NCBI GenBank assembly: GCA_900767015.1
Contig: CAAFXQ010000261.1
Span: forward strand, 1 to 50,475
Source of the DNA: Clostridia bacterium
GTDB lineage: Bacteria > Bacillota > Clostridia > Oscillospirales > Acutalibacteraceae
Length of the DNA: 50,475 nt
Direction: 5' to 3'
In this document: one piece after another, positions 28,601 to 40,600 of the stretch
Layout: each line of letters opens with the position of its first letter
How positions within the stretch are numbered: position 1 is the stretch's first letter
Made by a program: the position numbers and the translations under genes
Notes under the pieces: model-generated
Database searches by the model: none
What the model was told of the DNA's origin: nothing
What the model saw: only the letters and a program-made list of their open reading frames with translations

Positions 28601-31600
28601 CTTTTCACCGGTCAGATAGCTGTACTCATATTCAGTGTACGTATCTGCTACTTGCTTCCATGTTGTGGATTCACCGATAAAGGCTTTCAGTTCCTTGGAG
28701 AGCTTTGCATAGCCCTGCGGGGTGATGTCGATATCAACATTGATGATATCCTTTACATAGCCAAGTACGGTGTTGATCGTATCCCATGTTTTGTCGTCAA
28801 GATTTGCAATCAGGCCGACAAGAGCATTCAGGATAAGATTTACGATATTGTCTGTGTAGAGATACTGATTCAGAAGGCCTTCAAGTGAGCCGAACTCGAA
28901 AATGCCAAGAATTGCGCCGATAAGATCGTCAGCATTGTTGATTGCATTCAGAGTGTCCGCTTGTGTTACCGTACGTTTGCTGTAATCGATAACAATCTTC
29001 TGAAGTGCCTCAGCAGGATCTTCGATCGCCTTATATTCAACAACATACTTGTTCAGAAGCTTGATGAATACATCGACGATGTTCGATACAGCGTCTTCGC
29101 CGGTTACGTTGTTGATGATCTGCTGAACGATTTCAGGTAGTGACGCCGTCATATCGGACGTTACAAGCTTACCGAGAATGTCATCGCTCAGTACGAAGTC
29201 GATAAGGCCGGTAAAGATGTACTTGTGAGAACCGACAATTGTCGTAATCTTTCTGCCGGCTGCGGCAAGCTGTTCCTCGGTAAGGACATTACCGTCTTTG
29301 TCAACGTAACGGCCTTCGTCGTCAATAAGGGCAATGTTCGCATTCGATCTCAAGGAATCAATAACCTTATATTCACCGATCTTGCCTGCAAGGTCGAAGA
29401 GCATGTCGGTTGTGATTCTGATGTCGATGTTTGCTTTTGCAAGTGCCTCATTGATCGTGGAAAGAAGACCCTTTTCACTTCCGGTGTCTTCAAGCTTGAG
29501 CACGTTGAAGTGGAGTCTGATACCGCCTTCGTAATAGATCGGGTCAATGACAGCCGCAACAGCGTTGATGGCGCCAATCAAGGTGTCAACAAGCTTGAAT
29601 ATGCCGTCGTTTGCAATGTAGTAAACGAGCGAAGCAAGGTTGTCGGAAAGGAAGGCAACAGGATCTGCTACAAGATCGTCAACAAGGAAGAATACAAGCT
29701 TGAACAGATAGTCAAGCAATTCTTCGACGGTCTTAATCTGGTTGAATTCAGCCTGTGTCTTGATTTCGCCCGGATGCTTATCTGCGCCCTGAAGCGTATC
29801 AACAAGCGGAAGAATTGCAATCTCGTAGCCGTTTGTACCCTGAAGTCGGATATAACCGTTTCCGATGATCTTATCGTCGTCAGTCGGTGATACGTCTTCT
29901 TCATCAACCTTAACATAGGATTCAGCCGTATGTGAGAAGATTGAAAGGGTCTTGCCCTGCGTTGCTACCTGAAGAATCGGGAAGAGCGGGTAAAGGATTA
30001 CAGAAAGGGCAGCCTTGAAGGTTGCAAGATCTTTTACACCGAAGTCAAGCGTCGGAAGTTTTCCGTCTTCCGGAGCTGTGTTGCGGTCAACAACTTCCTG
30101 CCAAGTCTTGCAGTCGCCGATAACTTCTGCCATTGCGATGGTGCGCTTATCGGCTGCGCCGTAGTGCGCCTTAATCAGACTGATATAGCCCTGCGGATCA
30201 AGCGTGTAATCGCCGTAAGTGAAGACGGTGAATACAAGATTTACAATCTGAATGTTGCATACCGTCGGGATCAGTCTTGCGATCATTGATGTCATTTCAT
30301 CGGTATAAAGCTTACCGCTGAGAAGTGCATCAACAATGCCTCTAAGGGAAGCGGTATCACTTTCCGTGAGACTGTCAAGATATTCGCAAAGGAATGTGTA
30401 AATTACACTGGGTTTTTCTGTCTCTCCGGTTGCTTCGTCTGTCTTCGGCGCAAGAAGCGTCTTAAGAATCGGAAGCAGGGTCGGGATAGCATTGTCAATT
30501 ATTGTATCAAGCTGTGACGGAACATTCTCGATCTTGTTTTTCTGGTCAGCAGTAAGTTCGTCATATGCGGAATGATCCGGCGTGATGAGCTTACCGTTCA
30601 GCTCTGCGTACGTTACTTCGTAGCCTTCGAAGAGCTTGGTGACGATATCGGAAACAACAAGTCCGTTGAAGTTGCCGTTGATGAGGTTGTTCAGAATGAC
30701 GGAGATTGCGTTGCCTTCATCGTTAAGATCCGCATTAAGCATATCGGCAATAACACCGAGAATGTCTTCTGAAAGAACCGTATCAAGCAGGAATACAAGG
30801 GAGTCAGCGATATCAACACTGAAGTTTTCAACAACGTAGCGTTCACGGGTAACTGCACCCATTGTTGCAAGGTCATAATCGGTTGAAGCAACCTTGACTG
30901 ACTTGCCGGTTACAGGATCGTTGTACCAGTAATACCACTTGGAGTTGTTGTTTGATTCGTTGATCTTAATCGTATGCTGAGCGTACGACTCGAAGGTTGA
31001 GTTGTCGAGAACCTGAAGGGTTTCGTACTGCTCGCCGTCTTCCTTGCTTGTTACAAGGAAGGAGGAAACAAGCTTATTGATGATCGTTACAAGGTTCGAA
31101 CCGTTTTCACCGGCGATGCCTGTGATTTCCTTAACTGTGTAAACCTTGTAGGTTTCTTTCTTGGTTTCACCTGTTTCAGGATCAGTAACGTCTCTTTCGT
31201 ACGGTGTACCGGCATCGGCAGGCATGTAAGGCTCAAGATACGGGCTTACAAGCGGTCCGATCAGGTTGTCAAGGATAGGACCGACAACCGGCTCGGCAAG
31301 ATCGAAGATTGCAAAGATCGGTGAAAGCAGGTTTTCAAGGAAGAACTGAACACCGTTACAGGAGATGAAGTAGGACAGTGACGGAAGAAGAGTGAGAATG
31401 AACTCAATCGGCTTCTCGCAAAGGGTGTCAATGACAACGAAGATGGCATCGGTCAATGCTGTCAGCGTTGTGGCTGTGCCTCTTGCTCCGTTGTAGGTTG
31501 ACGGGTCAACAAGCGTACCGCCGGCGAACTGGTCAACAGCAAGAGCCTGAAGCAGCGGATAGATTGCGTTTTCATAACCGTTGTTGCCCTTGAGTGTGAG

Positions 31601-34600
31601 AACAGCATTTTCGCCGTGTTCATCGGTGAGGATCTTGATGTCGTCACTGCGGAGTACGAAGTTGAGAATCGGTTCAAGCGGATTGATGAGACCGGCAAGA
31701 ATGCTTACAAATGCATTCTTTCTTGCATTATAATCGCCATCGATGCCCCAATCATAAGCTTCGCCGCCGACTTTCGTCTCTCTTGCATCGTTTTCAGCGT
31801 CACGGGTAAGCGTATATTCGGTCGTGGTTTCACCGGAGGTTACTTTATAAACAGTTTCATCCGAGTTCGTGAAGGTAATCGTCTTAACGACGTCTTTGCC
31901 GCTCTCCGTTACCGTATAAGTATAAGCGTAGTTTACAATTTGCTCGAGAGGATAAGTCTCGCTGCCTACTGTATAGGTTGTTGCATCCTTATTTCTCAGA
32001 TATACCGTCTCGGTTGTTTCTTCGCCATCAGCACCGTTTACCGTATAGGTATAGCCGTAAGCCGTGTAATAGGAAACAACGTCAGCCCATGTTGCGGTAT
32101 GCGGTTTTGTTGTCGGGTTGCCTTCCTCGTCGAGAACCGGTTTGCCGTTTTCATCGAGAACCGGATCCGTTGCGGGAGCAGCATCAACAGCAGCGCTTAT
32201 AAATTCGTTGAGCGCATCGGACGAAGTGTGCGTAAACGCTTCGGGAGAAATGTCCAGACCGACAACGTTGTCAAGAAGCGGAATAAGGGTTGCGAGCGTA
32301 CCGCTGAGGTTTTCGCCGCCGAGAAGTCCGATCAACATGCCGATAAGCGAGGTCATCGTTTCATTGTTGAATGCATAAGCGTTGAGAATGTCATGAACAA
32401 GATCTTTCAGACTCTGCTTATGGTAGCCGCCGATCTTATCAAGTATAGCGGCAAAGGTATCGTTGCTTTCAAGCAGCGGAACAAGGTTCGGGATTGCGGC
32501 AAGAAGCGCCTTATCGAACTTCTTAATGGCACGTCTGAGCTTACGCTGTGTAAGGGTTGTGCCTTCTACATAGTCGGTATATGCATAGTCGGCCTTCTTG
32601 AAGGACAGGTATTCAAGAGCCATTGTCTCAACGTCATAATCGTTGAAATACTTCAGAAGAACCTTGAAGATGACATAGCGGTTGTCGCCGGTTACGGCAT
32701 TTATAATGGTTTCAACATTTTCGTTCAGCGTTACACCGAGTGCGGCAAGAATTCCCTTGAGGAATTCACCGCTGAGAACTGTCTCACTGACAATCTGGAT
32801 AAGCGTATCCGCACGATTTGCAAGAACACCCTTGACAACACGAGTGTTGGAGGAGGTTACGGTTGCACCGAAGTAGCGGACTGTTTCGACGTCTGTGATC
32901 GTGCAGCACTTGCCGATGATATCTTTGAAGAGCGTTTCGATCTTAAAGTCGCCGAGGTCGACGGTTACGCCCTTATCTTCCTCATATTTTGCAATGACTT
33001 TCTTGAGAAGGTTCTGAAGTCCTTCTGCGGTCAGGAAGACATTGACAAGACCATAGATATCGGATACATGGTCAAGACCGAGAGCATCCATAACCTTCGT
33101 GTTGATGAGGTCGGTAATGAGGGCATAAATGTCGAGAGCAACCAGTGCATCCTCTCTGCCGTCAACGTTGATTTTCTGAGCGGTTACATCGTTGACAAGG
33201 TCAACAAGCGTGATGATCGGAGCGACAAGCTGTTCAACGCTCTGTGCGAGGCCTTCGGAATAGATGAAGAAGAACAGCTGCGGAAGAGCATCAACGATTG
33301 TCTGAATCGGTGAGAATGCGATCTTCGAAATGATGGCATCGATGTAGGAAATAACCTTAGCGGTGAAATCATTGTCTGAAAGTTCGGCAAATTCATATTT
33401 ATCCATGATGTTTTCGATACCGAATACTTCAAAGAGAGGAACTATGAATCTGTCGTAGCCGTCGCCGGCAGTAATGGTGATACCGTCAAGAAGAACAAGG
33501 TTATCTTCCGTGAGCATCAGTCTGAGAACTTTTGCAAGCGGGGTGAGAATGTCAGCAAGAAGATCAAGAACATCCTGATACTCCTTGATGCCGAAGCTGT
33601 TTGCGTTCTTCAGTTCAACATCATACTGATATTCGAATACCGGGTTGCCGTCGGTGTCTGTTTCAACAACATAGGCGCCTTCGATTACATCACCTGTTCC
33701 GTCACCGGCGGTTGTGTAGTATGTTGTGTCACCAATCTTAACGATCGTACTTGTCGTTGTTGCCGGGATCTGCTTACCTTCTGCGTCAAGTTCATAAACC
33801 GGCTTGGAGGTATCATAGATGAATCCGTCTTTGTCCTGAGCCGGAACAATAATTTTACCTTCGCTGTCTTTTTCAGCAGTTGTTTCGTCAAATTTAACTT
33901 TAACCTTGTGTGCCTCATAAGCATCTTCCCATGTCTCGCAGTCTGCGAAATAGGTAGCGAATGCCGGTGAGGAAGCCTTGAAGTATTCGAGCGAAAGGTC
34001 AAGGCCGGGAACGATTTCCTTAAGCATCGGGATAACCGTTACTAAAGTTTCGTTTCCGCCGAGAAGCTTAACGAGCATCGCAACAAGCTTTGTCATGTTG
34101 CCGGTCGTGACAACGGTTTCGCCGTCAACCGTTGTGCTACTGTCGGCAAGAAGTCCGACAACAAGGTTGTGGAGAATTTCTTCTACGCTTGTGCCCTCAA
34201 GCTTAAGCGAGCCAAGTGCACCCTCGGGAAGCATTGTCATGACGGCCGGAAGAATAGCGTTAACAAGGGAATCAAGGTCAGCCGGAAGCTTTTCAAGCTG
34301 TGCCTTGTCAATGCCGATATTTTCGTAATCGATCGGGTCAGCCTGTGCAACTTCTGAATAGTCTGTCTTGGTTCTCTGCGCACGGTATTCAACTTCGTAC
34401 CATGAAAGCAGGTCGATAACCAGTCTTTCCACCGCTTCTGCATCGTCGAATACGCTGTACAGAAGAACGGTAAGAAGATAGTTGTCGTCTTCCTTCTGAA
34501 TGGTGGTCAGGGAATCGAAGTCAATGTTCAGAAGACCGCCGACTGTGTCACGGACACCTGCATTGAATACAACCCAATCAAGAACCTTCAGAAGTACGGT

Positions 34601-37600
34601 CTCACGGTCAACGGTATATTCGGTTGCCGGAGTTCTTGTAATCTGGCCGCTTCTTCTGTCGTCGTTGATTTCAACCTTAGCAACATAGCTGCCGTTTTCG
34701 GGAAGCCATGCACAGGAAGCAAGGTCGATAAAGAGGGTATCGCCGACGATATCTCTGAGTGCGATTTCGTTGCCGTTAATGGTGAAGGTTACACCGTCAA
34801 TAACCTGCCAGATGATGTCAAGGAAGGTCATTTCGGGTTCTTCGGTTTGTGTTTCAGCACCTTCGTCAGCAAGAGCCATAATGTCTTCGCTGAGAACGTT
34901 AGCCATTACGTCTTCGCTTGAAGCTTCGTTATCTTCAACAATGTCAAGGACATAGGCCGCAGCCGCAGCGGAGGCAACTGTCTGTGCTTCCGGCTCGTAG
35001 CTTGTTGTCGCTACGCCGGCGTCAGCGTTGGCATTCTTGATCAGGTTCTTCAGAAGCGACTTGACGGTTCCGAGAAGATCGATGTTGTAAATAACGCTGA
35101 TCTTTTCGGTGATGGTTGTAACCGGAGCAAGAAGATTTTCAAGAATGGTGTCAATGCCCTTGCTTTCAAGGAAGCGTGCAAGATAGGGCAGGATCGTTGC
35201 GATTGTGGAAACCGGTCTGTCGCAGACGGAGTCTACAAGGGCAAAGATTGCATCAACGATCGACTTGAGGAGAAGCTCAAGATTGTCGTCATCGTTACCT
35301 CTTACGAGATCCTCGCCGTAAACAGCCTTTTCAAAAGCTTCGTAGGTAGCGTAGTAGTTTGTGTAATAGAGGTTCGTTGTCTCTTTGCCGTTTTCGTCAA
35401 GCTGATAGAGATGGTCAATACCGAGAGCTTTAATCAGCGGGAGGATAACGCCCTTGTAGCCTTCAAGACCTCTGATGTTCGCCTTTTCGTAAATGGAAAG
35501 GTTACCGCCGGTAAGAAGAACTTCAAAGATGGTTGAAAGCGGCTGAACAAGGCTCCAGACCATATCAACGAACTGATCACGAGTGTTAATATTCCATGTT
35601 GCATGGATCTGAACGGCCTGCTTCTGAACGTCAGTGTAAACCGGCTTGGTCTTCGCTTCGTCTTCCCAAAGAGCGTTGCCGTCCTTATCGGTAGCCTGAA
35701 CGTAAACCGGTGTTACGGCGTGGCCGTCGATGTTGGTTTTGTTCTCGTCCGGGCTGTAAACGGTTACAGTCTTGTCGCCGTCCTTATATTCGTAGACATA
35801 TTCCATGTGGCTAGCGGCAACCTGGCTCCATTTCTTGGAGGTGCCGATAATATCCTTGAGTGCCGGAACGTTCTTAGCGTATGTCTGCGGAGTCAGGGAG
35901 TAGCCTGCGCCTTCTGCGATGCTTACGACGATATTGACAATTTGTGCATTCTTCTTGTCACCGAGTAAGCCGATGAGAAGACTTACGATCTTATTGATAT
36001 TTTCGTCCTTGTAGAGATAGCCCTTCAAAAGTGCATCAACTGCATTTTTCAGAGTAATATCATCATCAGCCGTCAAGCCAAGCTTTGCAAAGAGACCGGT
36101 TTCGTCAACATCTGTTGTTGCCGGATCGTCCTGCTTGGTGAGCTCAGCCTTGAAGAGGTTGAGAATGGTTCCGATCAGGCGGTCGAGATTGTCAATTGCA
36201 GCCGAAGTCTTTACTCTCGAAAGCTCGGTTACATCCTGACCGGCTTCAATTGCCTTAAGAACCTCTTCGTGAGAAGCATAGCCGGCATCTTCAAAGAATT
36301 CTCTGTGTGTTTCGGATTCGATATTAACAAGCGTAATCTCCTTTTGACCCTTGACGGTGTAAGAGGTGAACAAGCCAACAATTACTTCAACAAGGGCTTC
36401 GGGATTCTGGAATACGTTGGTGATGATTTCATCAAGAAGTTCAGCGTCGTCACCGTTTTCGTCGGTAAGGTTATAACCAAGAAGGTTACCGAGAACTTGC
36501 TTAATGGTTGTGTTCTCAAACAGGAAGTTGAGAAGGAACATCAGAAGCTCAGCACGGCTGACCTTTACCTGACCGTTATTGTCAATGGCAACAAGATTGC
36601 TGTCGGTCTTCGGGTCGCCGAGGGCGGCAATTGACTTGAAGAAGTTCTTCAGGGCGTCGCCGCGCATTTTTCTTGCCAAGGTGACATCTTCCTCATTTTC
36701 GGAAGCGGCAAGTTTTTTGGCTTCAACTTCAGTGTCCTTATCGATGAACAGAACGATGCTGTACTTGTAGTCATTTCTGTTTTCATCGGTGATTACGGTA
36801 TCCTTCGAGGCAAGTACGGACGAAAGATCAAATTCCATTGAACCGATGTAGCGAAGAAGAGAATCCGTAAAGGACTTGACAGCAACTTCGTGTACGATAA
36901 TTTCACCGGTATCCGGATCGATTTCAACATAACTCTGGAGAGCTTCCTGGAAGGACTCCCAAGAGCCGGTCGCAAGAACGTCAACAAGGCCGGAGGCGAT
37001 TGCGTTCAGGTCAAGGTTGATGATCTCCTTGAGTCTGTTGGTAAAGGTTGTAAGCGGAATCAGAACATTCGAGACAAGCGTGGTCAGACCGTCGCCGTAA
37101 ATGAAGTAGGCGAGAGTCGGAAGAGCCGTCGAAAGAGATGAAACCGGGCAGGTAACAAGAATTTCGAGGAAGTAGAAGACATAGTTGCAGAATGTCTTAA
37201 CCGCTTTGCCCATGCCGTCAACATCAAGTTTTCCGGCATCGTCATAAACGAGATCATAATATTCGTCAGCGGTCATAACCTGAGTCGGGATCTTCTGACC
37301 GGCCGGCTTGCCCTCGTTCATGGTTTCATAGATTGTCTTGCCGGTTACAGGATCTGTCGTATTCTGAATGTATTCAAGAACGCCGTTCAGGCCAAAGGCA
37401 TTCAGGAGCGGAAGAAGTACATTTTCGTAGCCCTTATTGCCTTCAATGTTCAGGCCGCCGTCAAACAGCTTGAGTCCGTCACCGGCGATAAGCATTGAGA
37501 ACAAGGGGGCAAACGGAGTAAGGAGCTCCCAAAGGTCATTGAGGAGTTGATCTTTCTTTGCGGTGAAGATCGTCTGGGTGGTGTCGCCTGTGCAGGCATC

Positions 37601-40600
37601 AATGCCCCACGACCAGTTCGGCGCATCCTCGGTGTTGTGTTTAGCGCTGAGCTTGTAGGTGACAGCATCTTCGCCTTCGCCGACAGTATATACCTTAAGC
37701 TGATCGTACTTGAGTGAAACCGTTTGTTCAGCGCCGTCTTTGTCCGTATAGGTATAAACGTACTTGTCGCCGTCCATGGTACGGGTGTAGCCGGACGAGA
37801 GCATCGTCTTCGAGTATACCGGCGTTTCGGAAACAAGCTTTCCGTCTGCGTCATACTCTTTTTCTGTCTTGTCGACAAGGTTACCGGCTTCGTCCTTAAC
37901 CTGAACAACAGCATACTTCGGCTTGCCGTCGACAAGAATGATTTCGTTGTTTTCGTCGAAGGCATAAGCAAGCACAGCGTGATTGTCATAAATCGCCGCC
38001 CAGGTAAGCTCGGTTCTATTACCGCCTTCATATACGTATATTCTGCCGGTCTTAGTATCTTTTTCGATTCGATAATTGCCGGTGCTGTCCTTATCAAAGC
38101 CGTAAAGCATATAAGAAGCAAACTGTGTCAGAGTTGTGCCGTCCGCTTTGTAGAGATACTTAGCGGTCGAAACGTCGAAGCCGGCAGACTTGAGAATGGA
38201 AATAACCATCTCGGTCGTCTTGGAGTCGCTGCTGCCGAAGATTTTGACAAACAGATTGCCGATGGCGTTCATGATGTCGTCTGTCAGGAGGTTTTCGCTG
38301 GCAACAGACTGAATGAAGGACCACAGACCTTCTCCGTTTGTGAAGTCATAGTCGATCGGAAGATTCTTGATGACGCCTTCCTCAAGAAGGGCAGCAAGTA
38401 CGTCGGGAACGGCCTTTTGAATGACATAATCGATGTTGTCAATGGCCTGTTCCGTACCGTCTTTTGTAAACTTATCTTTTGTGGCTTCCCAATCGTAGCC
38501 GCTGTGTTCGATTCCGTACTCTTCCTTGGCGGCTTCTGCGATTGCGGCGTCAGCACTGTTGAGAAGATTGTAGAAGTAAGCGTTGCCGTCGTCCGGCGTG
38601 TAGTCGGTAAGAAGGTCGATCAGGATACCGGTTACGATATCAACACGAACCGCACCGTTGCCGTTTTCAAGAATGGCATTCAGATTGTGAGCAATGTTTT
38701 CAACAATCTTTTCAATTCTTTCCTGTGCTTCAACGTCCTCAGCGTCAACGATATCTTTTTCATTGTTGATACCGGCGAGAACTGTGTCAGCGATGAACTG
38801 AACAAGCTCCGGTGACATGAGGTTTCTCATGAGCGTGATGAGAAGCTGACCGGCGGTCGAGTCAAATTTTGTGAAGGTTGTGACACCGTTGCCTCTCTTG
38901 GTCGAAGCGTTGACATCGGCCTTTGTCGCTGAATCGGCGGCAATCTTACCGAAGTCGATCATCTTCATGTTGACCGTTGCATTTTCGTCACCCATGAACC
39001 TTGAAAGCATTGTGTTAAGCAAGGTTTCAAAGTCAAGGTACTGTTCAAGAAGTGCGTTGATGTCAAGGTTTACAACTCTTGAAAGAATCGGATCTGCGAT
39101 TTCAAGAAGCTTGAGAACCGGCGCAACCAGGTTAAGAACAGCAACAGAAAGGTTGTTCGTTGTCTTGGCTGAACCGTCGGCTTTCTTTTCGCCTGTCGGA
39201 TACTGATACAGGAAGTATGCAATATTCGGAAGCTTTTCAAAGAGCGTTGCAATCGGAGCTTTGAGAAGTCCACGATCGGCTTCGGTTGCACCGATGAGCA
39301 GGTCAATCAGAGCGTTGAGAACGAGCGTAAGCGGTGAGTTTGTCATCGTTGCCATTCTCTTACCGTTTTTATTGATTGTTGTGCTACCGTAAACATACTG
39401 GTTAAATTCGGCTTGCGTCTTGCAGGCAGAATCAAGACCAAACGCTTCAAGAAGCGGTACGATTGCTCTTGAATAGCCCTCGTTGCCCTGAATAGTCAGT
39501 TCATCCATAAGGGTGATGTCTTCACCGGTCAGGATAACGGCAAGCAGGGGATTGAGCGGCGTCAGAAGGTCGCTTACGAAATCCGTGAAGTTTTCGAAAG
39601 ACTTTCTTGTATTGGCATAGCTATCAAAGCCTGCAACGGTGAACCAGGTGTTGCCTTCGTGAACACCGATGTCAGCCCATGTCATGTTTGCAAGCTCTGT
39701 TTTTGCAAGATCTACGCTGATGCCGCCGGCTGCACCGTATTTATGTCTGCCGGCCTGATAGTTGAGCCATCTTGCGATATTATCGTTTTTGCCTGCTCCG
39801 CTTAATGCGCTGTTATAGAAGCCGAGCGGAGTAAGGTCAATGCCGAATTCGGCAAGGGCGGCGGCAAGCTTATTGACAATGCTTGTCGGGTCGCCGAGCA
39901 GACCGCCGAGAAGTCCTTTATCTTCTTTGCCGGTTTCCGGATCCACTTCGTGCGTACCGACAAGAAGCTTCATGAGCATTGCAACAAGATCATTCGAGAT
40001 AAAGAGACTGCCGAGAACCTGCGTAACGGTTGTCAGTTCGCCGTTTTTAACCTGCTGGATAACCTTGTCAAAGCCAAGCTTCGTGAGGGTTTCACCGGCA
40101 GCGGTACCTTCGGTAAGGTCGCCGAGAAGGGAAACGATCATCGGAACGAGAGAAGTCAGAACCTTATCGAAGTTCTCAACAGCAAGGTCAGCCTTTGCCA
40201 TCTTCTGCTCATAGGTTGTGTTCGGGTTTGCGGGGTCGCCGCTGTCAGCCAGCGATTCGTTGAGGTAATTGCCAAGCTGGAATTTGGTTGTATTATCGGG
40301 GTTCAGATACGAAACGCCGCTGTCGTCGACAAAGGTGCCGTCCTTAACGGGATCTTTGTATGCGTCAAAGTCGATGTTGTAATCGTTGAGCAAGCAGATA
40401 AGAACCGCCATAAGGCTGTCAGCCTGGCCGTTGGCAATCTGAAGGATCGTGTCGGTCGTACTTTTTTCACTGTCAGCAGTGTCAAGCATACCTCTTAAGA
40501 GCGGAGCGATTTCGTAAATAACACCGTCGTCAAAGAGCCATCTGAAGAGGTTGAGCAGGGTATCGCCCGGGTCGGTTTTCGCATGATAGGTTGTCATTGT

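Noticed and set aside
31616-33313. 565-aa plus-strand ORF. Other long plus-strand ORFs lie inside the giant gene, e.g. 37724..38815 (363 aa), 29225..29890 and 17573..18145.
   Set aside because: They are antisense shadow ORFs of a 27.8-kb minus-strand gene. Their translations are Cys/Arg/Val/Phe-rich and low-complexity, with no RBS. They arise because the codon bias of the real frame depletes stops on the opposite strand.
37450-38121. 223-aa minus-strand ORF out of frame with the giant gene, plus similar ORFs such as 21343..21786.
   Set aside because: They are alternative-frame ORFs fully embedded in the giant CDS. Their composition is Ser/Thr/Arg/Pro-rich and they have no independent start signals.
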